A DNA stretch of 64,000 bases, from contig CAYGTV010000001.1 of assembly GCA_964353135.1 (NCBI GenBank), positions 87,138-151,137 of the forward strand, written 5' to 3'. Under the pieces are notes generated by a model. The model was not told the DNA's origin. It did not search any database and worked only from the letters and a program-made list of their open reading frames with translations. Numbering within the stretch: position 1 is the first letter of the stretch; each line of letters opens with the position of its first letter. The translations under genes were made by a program, and so were the position numbers. Of the stretch, positions 40,909 through 50,369 are shown in pieces. The stretch is from an uncultured Candidatus Saccharibacteria bacterium. Its GTDB lineage: Bacteria > Patescibacteriota > Minisyncoccia > Phycocordibacterales > UBA918.

Positions 40909-43900
40909 ATGGCATCCTTGATGGGAAACAACGCCAGGTCCTGGTTATATAAATTCTGCTCCTTTGTGCTGGTCTTTACGCTGCTGTCAGCGGATTTGTT
41001 CGTGGTATTAGAACGGGGATTTTTTATCGCGTCACAAGCGGAAGCTGCGGTCGGAGACTTTTCTGTTTTTCGTGAGACTACCGGTACCGAAGTGATCGCG
41101 GGAACTGGTAATAATGTCTCGTGGGATACCTCAGTTGCTGCAAGTGCCAACATTGCACTGCAGGCAAACACGAGTGATATTGACTTAGCAGATGGAGGAA
41201 AGTATCTAGTTTTGTACAATTCGTGGACGCATGAAGGATCCACCGGTGGAGCCAACCGACGCTCAGTCGCATCGTATGTGGCTGTCAACGGGAGTGCTAG
41301 TGAGTATGGTTGGGGTGGTGGATACATCCGCGATGCCGAAAATGATTTTAATGCGTATAACAGCGGTGCGGCAATCCTAGACGTAACAGCAGGCGATGAT
41401 ATTACGGTGGTGCTTGATCGGGATGACTCCAACCCTGGCGGTGGAACTGCTATCAGAGGGGGAACTAACGGGGTGAGTATTCTCAAACTTGATGATGACC
41501 TTGATTATCTTCGAGTCCATTCTAGTGCTGGTGTAAGTGACATCAGTAGTAATACGTCCTTTAATGTTGTTGATTGGGATACGGCTGATGAGGTTGATGC
41601 GGGTTCATTCACCTTTGCCGCACCAGCTTCGGGTGTGGTCGTGAAGGGCGCGACCGACCAGAAGTTTTTGGTTACCAGTAATGTAAAACTAAATGTGACT
41701 GGCGGTGGTGGTCCACGCCAAAATTATGAAATGCGCCTGACTCTGGATGGGGTTGAGGTGCCAGGTACCCGCAGTACAGCGTATCTACGGTTTGACAACG
41801 GAGATGTTAATTCAACTTTGCAATACACCGGGATTATTCAGAAAACCAGTGCTGCTGACCAAACTCTTGCAGTCGAGGTGCGGCGTGAGGGACAAGCTGC
41901 AGCCACTACCGCTATCGTTGGTGATCAGACTGCTTTAGCTATCGCTGCGTTACCGGCAACCGCGCAGGTACTCTCGCTTACGACAACGGCTGACGAAAGC
42001 CTCACCAGTGCACCGAGCACCATGTCGTTTGGTAGTCAGCTATCAACCGCGTCAAGCTTCCTGAGTCATTCAACCACAACCGCCTCTGACAACATTGTGG
42101 TAGACACAGCTGGTAACTATTTAGTCTTGGCCACAACTTACACGTCTCGGATATCTGGAAACGGACGAGATGTGCCGCGGATCGACTGGCGCTTGGACGG
42201 CAGTACTCAGCCGTACGGTGGACACGGTCACTACAACCGAGGTGATGAAGGGACCGAAGACACCTACACCAGTGGTGGATCGAGCGGTGCCATTTTCCCG
42301 TCGCTTACCAGCGGTCAGATCATCGAGCTAGCGCAAAGTGACGAAACTTCTGGTACGCCGGTGTCAGATTTTCCCGCCGGCCGGGTAGCGGTCCAGGTTG
42401 TAGAATTGTCGGAGTTGATCCCGCAAACTTCTACGGACGTATCGGTTAACGGATCACAAGTAGCCACCCTGGCACCAAACACAAGCAATGTGAATTTAGG
42501 TGAGCAATTTGTAATTTCTGAAAACAATGGTGCGCGCAATGTAACCAACATCACGTTGTCAGAAGACGGAACAATCGCGGCTGACACTGGTCTAGCAAAC
42601 ATCAGACTCTACTACGATTTGGACACCTCGGCGCCCTATGATTGTACTAGCGAAAGTTACGTTGGCACGGAGAACCAATTTGGTGCGACGTCGACTTTTA
42701 GTGGTGCAGACGGATCGGTATCATTTACTTCCAGTGAAACAATTAGCCCCACACAATCGATGTGCTTGTATGTGGTGGCTGACGTAACCGCAAGTGCCAG
42801 TGATGGTCAAACCGTGAATGTGTTCATTGCTAGTCCAGCTACTGACGTGGTTGTCACTGCTGGCGGCACAGTTAGTCCGGTTAGTAGTGTTGGCAATTCA
42901 GCGTCAACTATCACTGACGCCGAAATCACTCAGACCAACTATCATTGGCGAAATGATGATGGTAGTGAAACTGGTGCCACATCAGCCACCGGTGGAATTG
43001 AAAACACCCCCGGTCTAGCGTTTGCCGCTGCTACTCCACAACGATTACGTATCGGTGTCGCAGGAGAAGGAACTGGAACCGAAGTGAATTCATACCGGTT
43101 AGAATTTGCTGAAAAAATTACCACCTGTGATGCAGCAACTGGCTGGGAGTCGGTGGATACAGTGGGTGGAGCGTGGGACGTATTTGATTCGGTAAACCTA
43201 ATTGAAGGTGGAAACACAACTAATATTGCCGAGGTTGACGGCGGGGTGTCAGATGGAACGGGAACGTTTGTGACACCAAACGGTGGAGTACGTGATGCCA
43301 CATCGCAAACTGCGGCGCTTTCGATTACAGCCGATGATTTTACCGAACTCGAATACTCAATCCAGGCGACCGGTGCTGCGATTGAAGGGCTAGCATACTG
43401 TTTTAGAGTGACCGATGCTGGCTCTCCACTGCGAGCGTACACAAACTACCCAGAGGCGACCCTTAGTGCAGATGTGACTGTGGCTGCTAGTGGAAGCTAT
43501 ATAGCAAGTGTAGTTGCTGGGGCAACCGATGTGTACCTCGGTGGGCAATTTATTGCTGTCAGCAATAGTGGTAACCATACTCTTACCGAAATTATTTTGA
43601 CCGAGGTTGGTACCCTCGACGCCGGACAGTACCTCACTAATCCACGCTTGTACTACGAAGGGGATGCAACTAATCCTCGTGACTGTGCCAGTGAGTCTTT
43701 TGATGGTCTCGAAACAATCGCGGCAGGAACAGCCTTTACAGATGCTAATGGAACGACAACCTTTACCGTGAGTAGTCCGGTGCGGACCAATGAATCGTTT
43801 TGTGCGTACATCGTTGTTGATGTGGCTGATACAGCTCCAGATAGTGAAACAATCACGTTTGAAATTAGTACCCCTAACACCGACCTGACTATCGCTGGAG

Positions 43901-46900
43901 CAACCATTGGTCCAGGTAGTGCCGTTGCACCAAGTGGGTCGGTGATTGTGAATGCTCCTTCGCTCACCCAGGGTAATTACCACTGGCGAAACGACGACGG
44001 TACCGAAACTGGTGCTAGTTCAGCCACTGGTGGGGTAGAAAATACGCCAATGAATGGTGTGTTACAAGAGTCGCAGCGCCGATTACGTTTAGCAGTATCA
44101 AACGATGGAAATGCTGATGCGGTAGGGACTGACTTACGGCTAGAGTACGGGACAAAAGTAACTACTTGTGAGAACGTCGGTTCGTGGGAACGGGTAGACA
44201 CCGGGGTGGCATTTGATATGGATGTTACCTCACAACTGGTGCAAGGAAATGATACGACCGATATCCTAGAAGGTGACGGTGGCGTAAATAATCCAAACAC
44301 CTTCCTTTCACCAAACAGCGCTCAGCTTGAAACAGTTGATCAGCTGACATTAGCAACATTAACCAATACACAGTACATCGAGCTCGAGTATGCACTGGAA
44401 ATAACTGCAGCGTCAGCTTTTAGTGCGACGTATTGTTTCCGCCTGACTGACGCTGGGGTACCATTGTCCACCTACACCAATTATCCTGAGTTAACCATCC
44501 AAGATCGACAAGATTTCATCGTACAGCGCGGAACCGAAACAGTTAGCGGAACCGGAGTGACGCTGACTGCGGGAGTAGATTATGTTGCACCAGCTTCTAA
44601 TTCTGCAGCTTTTGTACGGATTACCAATACTAGTATGACTGGTGCTGGAAGTGATACACTTGGGCAAACCAGGGTACCTGAAGATGTCTTTGCTTACATC
44701 GAAGGGGGTGATAATCTCACTACTAGTTTCTCGATTGTTCGACCTCCAGCTGCGACGGACAATACCCGAGTGTCTTGGGAGATTGTTGAATACATAGGCA
44801 TAACTGGTGCTGATAATGAGTTTATCTTGCGGGATGCTGGTACGGTGACGTATGGCACCTCTGCACTGTTTGCAACCGGCACACCGGTAGTTGGGATTGC
44901 TGATGATAATGACGTCGTTGTATTTATCACCGGCCAGTACAACCCTGATGGTAACGTAAACAACTACAATACCGGATTATCGATCTCTAGCTGGGATACG
45001 ACTGGAGACCAGCCAGTATTTGAACGTGGTGACGCCGACGGGGTAGCCGCTCGAGTGAGTTACGCTGTGGTCGAATTCACCGGTGCTAGTTGGGCAGTAC
45101 AGCGAGCACAACATACATTTACCGCCGCTGGGGTAGCGGAGACTGAGTCAATCACAGCGGTTAATAGTTTACTAAGGACCTTTGTCCATGCGCAAAAAAT
45201 ATCCGGCGATGAGTTGTTTAACCTCGATGAGAGCGGGCATGAGGTCTGGTTATCAAGCATTGGTGCGGTGTCTTTCCAGCTCGAGAATGGTGCTACTAAC
45301 CCAGGTCAGCAAACGTCAGTAGCGTGGGTAGTTGAAAACACTCAGATTGGTGATGGCTCCATGATGGTGTACCGGTCAAATGGTCTCATTGCCCAAGGAG
45401 GAGTACAGCCGATAACTACAGTGTTAGGGATCGGGGGGACTATTCGTCCAAGCAACGCATCGCTATGGGCAACCAACCGCAGTACCGGGGGTGGATCTGC
45501 ACATCCTCGGGCGTTACTGGGAGCAACCATCTTGAATGAGACTCAATATGAATTGTGGAAGAGTGATGAGGGGCAGAACCAAAACTTCCGGGTCGAGATC
45601 GTTGAGTGGCCAGTGGCAGAAACATCTATCCGTCAGGCGGTCTACCGACTATATGCCGACAACGATGCGTTGACACCAACTGATCCTTGGCCTGCAGGTG
45701 CTAATGACTTGGGTGAAAATACACCGATGACCGATATTGATGAACCACTTGGTGAGGGTGAACAAACCCGTATCCGTATGAGTTTGTTTATTAACAACGC
45801 GACGCTGATATCAGATAGTACCAGTTTTAAACTGCAGTACGGCAGACGTGTGACTACGTGTTCGGCGGTTAGTACCTGGGATGATGTCGGACCAAGTGGA
45901 AGCGGTAGTGTGTGGCGGGCGGTTGATGCCACTCCAGTTGGTGGCACCGAGCTACTTGGTGGTGCATCGTTACTACTCTCGGTTTCAGATGTAGCAGGTA
46001 CCTACGAAGAAAACAGTCCGTCGGCAGTTAACCCAAACACGGTAGATATTGGTGAGTATGTCGAGTATGACTGGATTGTAGAAAATAACGCAGCCATCCA
46101 AAAAAGTAGCTATTGCTTCCGGATGACGGAAAGTGATGGGGCAGTGCTTGATGGGTATGACGTGTATCCAACGGTGCGAACCTCTGGTTACACTCCTGTG
46201 ATCGAAAACTGGCGTTGGTACGATGATGAAGGAAGTTTGACTCCAACGGTCGCACTGGCTGGTGAAAATGTGGCACCAAGTGCGCTCCAAAATGGGTCTG
46301 AGGTTAAACTACGTGTGTCTGTGACTGAGGTCGAGGGAGCGCCAGGCGAAAATGTTAAATTCAACTTACAATACTCAGAATACCCAGACTTCCGAGTTGC
46401 TTCAACTGTTAATGCAACCACTTCGTGTGATGGGAATGATTTGTGGTGTTACGTCGATGGGGCTGGGAATGACAACCAAACGCTTGATGCTACCGTACTT
46501 TCTGGGGTTGATAGTTGTGCGGCTGGAGTTGGGAATGGTTGTGGGACTCACAATGAGGCGGAGGGTATTTCTGGACTATACGATCAACCAGCCTTTTCTA
46601 TCTCTGAACATGAATTCACCTTGCGGCACGACGGGGCGCGGGTTAATACGGTGTATTACTTCCGCTTGTTTGATGCTACTAATGGAGTCCCACTTTTTGC
46701 AAGTACCTCGTTTCCAAGTGTGACAACAGAAGGTGCAGTTCTTACCTTTACCGTCAGTGGTATTGATGCTGGCCAGACAACAGAAGGAATTATCACTGAT
46801 GCAACTACGACTGCCAGTGGAGTAAATTTCGGGTCACTTACTATGGACACAGACACTGAAGCTGCCCAACGACTGACAGTATTTGCAAACGGTACACAGG

Positions 46901-47256
46901 GGTACCGCGTGTTTGTTGACTTTTCTGGTGATTTAGTGAATTCCTATGGTGACACAATCGCCAGCTTGGCAAGCACCAACGCTGCCCCCGCTACCTGGGA
47001 GTCACAGTGTACCGGTGCCACTACTGGCTGCTTTGGGTATCATGCTGGAGACAATTCACTCTATGATGGTTCGGTCCGTTTTGCCGTTGACAACTCATAC
47101 GCTGGTATTGAACCTGGGTTAGTTGAGGTTATGTCGAGTAACATCCCCGTGACGTTTGACGTGAGCGACATCATATATAGGACTCGGGTAGGGTTCTTGC
47201 AACCAGCGGGTGAGTACAATACTACGGTACGTTATATAGTAGTGCCTATATTCTAA
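40909..47256 (+). CDS. Giant (2115 aa) beta-rich repetitive surface/secreted protein
   Basis: N-terminal signal/TM; T/S/G/A/D-rich; repeated NYHWRNDDG.ETGA.SATGG.ENTP and YCFR.TD.G modules. Confidence 0.85.
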   Translation: MASLMGNNARSWLYKFCSFVLVFTLLSADLFVVLERGFFIASQAEAAVGDFSVFRETTGTEVIAGTGNNVSWDTSVAASANIALQANTSDIDLADGGKYLVLYNSWTHEGSTGGANRRSVASYVAVNGSASEYGWGGGYIRDAENDFNAYNSGAAILDVTAGDDITVVLDRDDSNPGGGTAIRGGTNGVSILKLDDDLDYLRVHSSAGVSDISSNTSFNVVDWDTADEVDAGSFTFAAPASGVVVKGATDQKFLVTSNVKLNVTGGGGPRQNYEMRLTLDGVEVPGTRSTAYLRFDNGDVNSTLQYTGIIQKTSAADQTLAVEVRREGQAAATTAIVGDQTALAIAALPATAQVLSLTTTADESLTSAPSTMSFGSQLSTASSFLSHSTTTASDNIVVDTAGNYLVLATTYTSRISGNGRDVPRIDWRLDGSTQPYGGHGHYNRGDEGTEDTYTSGGSSGAIFPSLTSGQIIELAQSDETSGTPVSDFPAGRVAVQVVELSELIPQTSTDVSVNGSQVATLAPNTSNVNLGEQFVISENNGARNVTNITLSEDGTIAADTGLANIRLYYDLDTSAPYDCTSESYVGTENQFGATSTFSGADGSVSFTSSETISPTQSMCLYVVADVTASASDGQTVNVFIASPATDVVVTAGGTVSPVSSVGNSASTITDAEITQTNYHWRNDDGSETGATSATGGIENTPGLAFAAATPQRLRIGVAGEGTGTEVNSYRLEFAEKITTCDAATGWESVDTVGGAWDVFDSVNLIEGGNTTNIAEVDGGVSDGTGTFVTPNGGVRDATSQTAALSITADDFTELEYSIQATGAAIEGLAYCFRVTDAGSPLRAYTNYPEATLSADVTVAASGSYIASVVAGATDVYLGGQFIAVSNSGNHTLTEIILTEVGTLDAGQYLTNPRLYYEGDATNPRDCASESFDGLETIAAGTAFTDANGTTTFTVSSPVRTNESFCAYIVVDVADTAPDSETITFEISTPNTDLTIAGATIGPGSAVAPSGSVIVNAPSLTQGNYHWRNDDGTETGASSATGGVENTPMNGVLQESQRRLRLAVSNDGNADAVGTDLRLEYGTKVTTCENVGSWERVDTGVAFDMDVTSQLVQGNDTTDILEGDGGVNNPNTFLSPNSAQLETVDQLTLATLTNTQYIELEYALEITAASAFSATYCFRLTDAGVPLSTYTNYPELTIQDRQDFIVQRGTETVSGTGVTLTAGVDYVAPASNSAAFVRITNTSMTGAGSDTLGQTRVPEDVFAYIEGGDNLTTSFSIVRPPAATDNTRVSWEIVEYIGITGADNEFILRDAGTVTYGTSALFATGTPVVGIADDNDVVVFITGQYNPDGNVNNYNTGLSISSWDTTGDQPVFERGDADGVAARVSYAVVEFTGASWAVQRAQHTFTAAGVAETESITAVNSLLRTFVHAQKISGDELFNLDESGHEVWLSSIGAVSFQLENGATNPGQQTSVAWVVENTQIGDGSMMVYRSNGLIAQGGVQPITTVLGIGGTIRPSNASLWATNRSTGGGSAHPRALLGATILNETQYELWKSDEGQNQNFRVEIVEWPVAETSIRQAVYRLYADNDALTPTDPWPAGANDLGENTPMTDIDEPLGEGEQTRIRMSLFINNATLISDSTSFKLQYGRRVTTCSAVSTWDDVGPSGSGSVWRAVDATPVGGTELLGGASLLLSVSDVAGTYEENSPSAVNPNTVDIGEYVEYDWIVENNAAIQKSSYCFRMTESDGAVLDGYDVYPTVRTSGYTPVIENWRWYDDEGSLTPTVALAGENVAPSALQNGSEVKLRVSVTEVEGAPGENVKFNLQYSEYPDFRVASTVNATTSCDGNDLWCYVDGAGNDNQTLDATVLSGVDSCAAGVGNGCGTHNEAEGISGLYDQPAFSISEHEFTLRHDGARVNTVYYFRLFDATNGVPLFASTSFPSVTTEGAVLTFTVSGIDAGQTTEGIITDATTTASGVNFGSLTMDTDTEAAQRLTVFANGTQGYRVFVDFSGDLVNSYGDTIASLASTNAAPATWESQCTGATTGCFGYHAGDNSLYDGSVRFAVDNSYAGIEPGLVEVMSSNIPVTFDVSDIIYRTRVGFLQPAGEYNTTVRYIVVPIF

Positions 47257-47274
47257 GTTTTTCTCATCGTGTTC

Positions 47275-47302
47275 TTGTAACTTGAGTAAAAAAATGTAAA
47301 AT
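47275..47302 (+). promoter_or_regulatory. Promoter for the tRNA-Asn transcript
   Basis: TTGTAA-16 nt-TAAAAT. Confidence 0.5.
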
Positions 47303-47439
47303 AGCTCGTACTTACCTGATTAAGGTAAGTGGGTGAACGAATTAGATGTGCGGTTGTCGGAGTCATTCCGACTGACTGCATTCGCAGACGTCGTCACTCG
47401 ATGCGTAAATGAAAGTTAACTTTCATTCCACATCTTCAT

Positions 47440-47511
47440 TCCGACGTAGCTCAGCGGTAGAGCAGTTGACTGTTAATCAATTGGCCGCAGGTTCGAATCC
47501 TGCCGTCGGAG
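47440..47511 (+). tRNA. tRNA-Asn (GTT), CCA not encoded
   Basis: TCCGACG/CGTCGGA acceptor stem, AGCTCAGCGGTAGAGC D-arm, TTGA-CTGTTAA-TCAA anticodon arm, GCAGG-TTCGAAT-CCTGC T-arm. Confidence 0.97.
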
Positions 47512-47577
47512 CTTTTGTAAAGAATAGTTAAGAAAAGTCTAGTTTAGATGCTAGGTTTTTCTTGTATACTGGTAAAT

Positions 47578-48003
47578 ATGGAAATTAGAAACTACAATCC
47601 AGAAACTGATTATCCAGGCATTGAAGCCCTTTTGAGTGCCGAGGGTACTTTTGGTGGTCAGTTTGATGAAGCTAGAGATACTAAAGAGCGAATCGATGCT
47701 TTAGAAAGTACCAAACCAGGTAGTGTTCTAGTAGCAGAAGAGGATGGAGAGATCCTGGGCACAGTGACGCTTTTTGAAGATGGTCGATCTGCTTGGCTCT
47801 ATAGGTTTGCAGTCCAGCAAGACAATGAGACTGAAATAACAAAGCTTCTCAATGAAAAAGCTCTTCAGACAATGAAAGATCGTGGACATACTCAAGTTTT
47901 AGTTTACGCTCCCACTGGCGATCGACACTTTGAAGACCGATACACTTCACTTGGTTTTAATAAAGGAGGTGATTACACTGCCTACTGGCAAGATATTGTA
48001 TGA
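47578..48003 (+). CDS. GNAT-family N-acetyltransferase
   Basis: VLVAEEDGEILGTV, WLYRFAV and RYTSLGF. Confidence 0.8.
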   Translation: MEIRNYNPETDYPGIEALLSAEGTFGGQFDEARDTKERIDALESTKPGSVLVAEEDGEILGTVTLFEDGRSAWLYRFAVQQDNETEITKLLNEKALQTMKDRGHTQVLVYAPTGDRHFEDRYTSLGFNKGGDYTAYWQDIV

Positions 48004-48143
48004 AATCAGAAAAATTAATCTGCAATAGTTCGAATATTACCTATGACAAGGGTTACATAGCTCTTTGGTGTAAAGAATATGATCTACCAGACACTGTAGA
48101 AATTGATGGTGATACACTGCTTAAGAAAGACCATTTAGTATGA
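48000..48143 (+). CDS. 47-aa ORF, possible truncated gene remnant
   Basis: MKSEKLICNSSNITYDKGYIALWCKEYDLPDTVEIDGDTLLKKDHLV; ATGA overlaps with both neighbours. Confidence 0.45.
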   Translation: MKSEKLICNSSNITYDKGYIALWCKEYDLPDTVEIDGDTLLKKDHLV

Positions 48144-48802
48144 CAGTAGATTCTGCCATAAAAACCGTCTGGGACTATATGCATATGAATCATCAGCTCA
48201 AGAAAGCTGATACAATTATGGCTTTGGGTAGCTACGATATTCGGGTAGCAGAACACGCTGCAAAGCTATGGCTGGATGGATGGGCACCGTATCTTGTGTG
48301 TGCAGGATCAGGAACTGTACATAGCAATTCAGCGGTCTGGCAGGGGTTTGTAGGTTCTACGGAAGCAGAAATTTTTGCAGATGTGGCTCGTAAAGCTGGT
48401 GTCCCAGATGATGTGATACTGATTGAAAATAAATCACAAAATACTGGTCAAAATTATGAGTTTACATTGAACCTGCTTAATGAGAAAAACTTAGATGTAA
48501 AAAGTATTATCGCAGTACAGAAACCTTTTATGGAACGACGTACGTATGCGACAGGTAAGGTCTGGCTGCCTGAAGATATTGAATTAATTGTAACTTCGCC
48601 AAATCTGTCCTTAGACGAATATCCTAACGAAATCATAAGTCAGAATAATCATTGGATACACAATATGATCGGAGATCTGCAGAGGGTGAAAGAATACCCA
48701 GCTAAAGGCTTCCAAATTCATCAAGATATTCCAGATGAAGTTTGGGAAGCGTTCGAATTTCTAGTCAAAGAAGGATATTCTGATAATTTGCTTAAAGATT
48801 AA
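48140..48802 (+). CDS. YdcF/DUF218 family protein
   Basis: ALGSYD..VA, TEAEIFA..A...GVP, IENKSQNTGQN and VQKPFMERR. Confidence 0.88.
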   Translation: MTVDSAIKTVWDYMHMNHQLKKADTIMALGSYDIRVAEHAAKLWLDGWAPYLVCAGSGTVHSNSAVWQGFVGSTEAEIFADVARKAGVPDDVILIENKSQNTGQNYEFTLNLLNEKNLDVKSIIAVQKPFMERRTYATGKVWLPEDIELIVTSPNLSLDEYPNEIISQNNHWIHNMIGDLQRVKEYPAKGFQIHQDIPDEVWEAFEFLVKEGYSDNLLKD

Positions 48803-48804
48803 CT

Positions 48805-49458
48805 ATGACACCAGATAACAATGCATTAGAACGAACATATTTTATAGGTGGACCACCTAGAGTTGGTAAAACTACTTTGGCTTATAAACTGGCTGAGGAT
48901 ATAAGGGGGCACGTTGCAATGACAGATGCAATCCGCAATTCAGCTAAAAAAGTATGTGAAGACAAGGCAGGTCCGTTGTTTATGATCAATCACTACAATG
49001 AATTCAGTGAAGAGAAATGGCTGAACCGCTTTGCGAATAACCCTGATCAGGTTGTCAAAGATCAAATTAACGAATCGAAAGCCATTTGGCGTTCTGTTGT
49101 TTCGTTCTGCAATATGTTCTGTGAGGATAATGCCAATCATATTGTTGAAGGGGTAGCAGTTATGCCTGAACTAGTAGCCTCAATGGACAATAAGCCTGAT
49201 CACGTAGTTTTTGTTGGTAATACTAGCGAGCACCACGTTGAAACAATGTTGCAGTATGGAAAAGATAATCCTGAACAATGCTGGATGGCGTATCTGGGGT
49301 ACAGTGAGGACCGAATCAGAGCTTTTGCAAATTACGTTTTGCATATGAGTCAACATTTCAAAGATGAAGCTGATAAATATGGCTTTAGCTATGTGGAGCT
49401 TTCAGATGATAATTTCGAGCAATCGCTCCAAGAAGCGATTAACTCGCTAAAGAAGTAG
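48805..49458 (+). CDS. P-loop kinase-like protein
   Basis: IGGPPRVGKTT, TDAIR and IVEG. Confidence 0.75.
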   Translation: MTPDNNALERTYFIGGPPRVGKTTLAYKLAEDIRGHVAMTDAIRNSAKKVCEDKAGPLFMINHYNEFSEEKWLNRFANNPDQVVKDQINESKAIWRSVVSFCNMFCEDNANHIVEGVAVMPELVASMDNKPDHVVFVGNTSEHHVETMLQYGKDNPEQCWMAYLGYSEDRIRAFANYVLHMSQHFKDEADKYGFSYVELSDDNFEQSLQEAINSLKK

Positions 49459-49502
49459 GAGCGAGTATTTGTATATCAGACTCAATTGAACGCCAATTGA
49501 TT

Positions 49503-49549
49503 GTTCGAAAAGCTTCCAACTGGCAGAGCCTTTGTAAAGAAAAGTGAAG
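49503..49549 (+). repeat. Degenerate tRNA-3'-like spacer copy
   Basis: GTTCGAA-AAGCT-TCCA-ACTGGC-AGAGC then CTTTGTAAAGAAAAGTGAAG, matching the tRNA trailer TTTTGTAAAGAATAGTTAAG. Confidence 0.7.
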
Positions 49550-49601
49550 TAACACCCTGATGCTCCTTTAAAACTAGAGGGTTTTGTGCTTCAATTTATC
49601 G

Positions 49602-50369
49602 ATGATTATTGATATTGGGTCAGGTCACCAACCACATCCTCAGGCAGATGTGCTGCTAGATATTCATGATGAGCATGGTTCTCATAGGTGGTCCAAAAAA
49701 TTACAATCTGACCGACCTACAGTCATCTACGAGGGGAAAACTTTTCCGTTTATTGATAATGCTTTTTTGTACTCTGTCTGTAAGCATGTACTGGAGCATG
49801 TAGATGACCCGGCACACTTTCTTAATGAGATCAGTAGGATTTCTACTGCAGGTTACATTGAAACACCATCAGAATTATCAGAATTGATATTTACACCTTA
49901 TGCACTGCACAAGTGGGTGGTTCACAAAAAGGGTGAGGTGCTCATTATAAAAAACAAAATTAATGCGAATGTTTCCAAATGTGGCAAGTTGTTTGACTAT
50001 CTCTGCGATAATGAACCCGGTTTTGATGAGTATTTCTACTTGAGCAGAAGACGTCTTTTTCTCACAGAATATTGGTGGACGGAAGCAGTATTGTTTGAAC
50101 TTGTTGAAGAAAATGACTCTACTTTTGAGAACTATAATGACGAACAAACACTTCTCAATATATCAGAAAGAAACAATGTTGATTATCAAATCGAAATACC
50201 TCCAGAGCACTTGAGTCAAAAACCCTCTGATATATTCCAAGAATTATCTAGGGTGCTCTGCTCACCGTGCTGCTCGAATAAGGTTGAGTATAAGGAAGAA
50301 TCATATCAATGCATCAAATGTGGTCATGTATACAAAAAAGACGGGAACCAGATCTTGTTTATTCAGTAG
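49602..50369 (+). CDS. SAM-dependent methyltransferase domain with C-terminal zinc ribbon
   Basis: IDIGSG, HVLEHV..P...L.EISR and CSPCC...CIKC. Confidence 0.8.
   Translation: MIIDIGSGHQPHPQADVLLDIHDEHGSHRWSKKLQSDRPTVIYEGKTFPFIDNAFLYSVCKHVLEHVDDPAHFLNEISRISTAGYIETPSELSELIFTPYALHKWVVHKKGEVLIIKNKINANVSKCGKLFDYLCDNEPGFDEYFYLSRRRLFLTEYWWTEAVLFELVEENDSTFENYNDEQTLLNISERNNVDYQIEIPPEHLSQKPSDIFQELSRVLCSPCCSNKVEYKEESYQCIKCGHVYKKDGNQILFIQ

Noticed and set aside
48029-48036. GTTCGAAT as another spacer core
   Set aside because: Lacks TCCA/GAGC and the hairpin, and lies inside a small ORF; the same applies to GGTTCGAGC at 58263.
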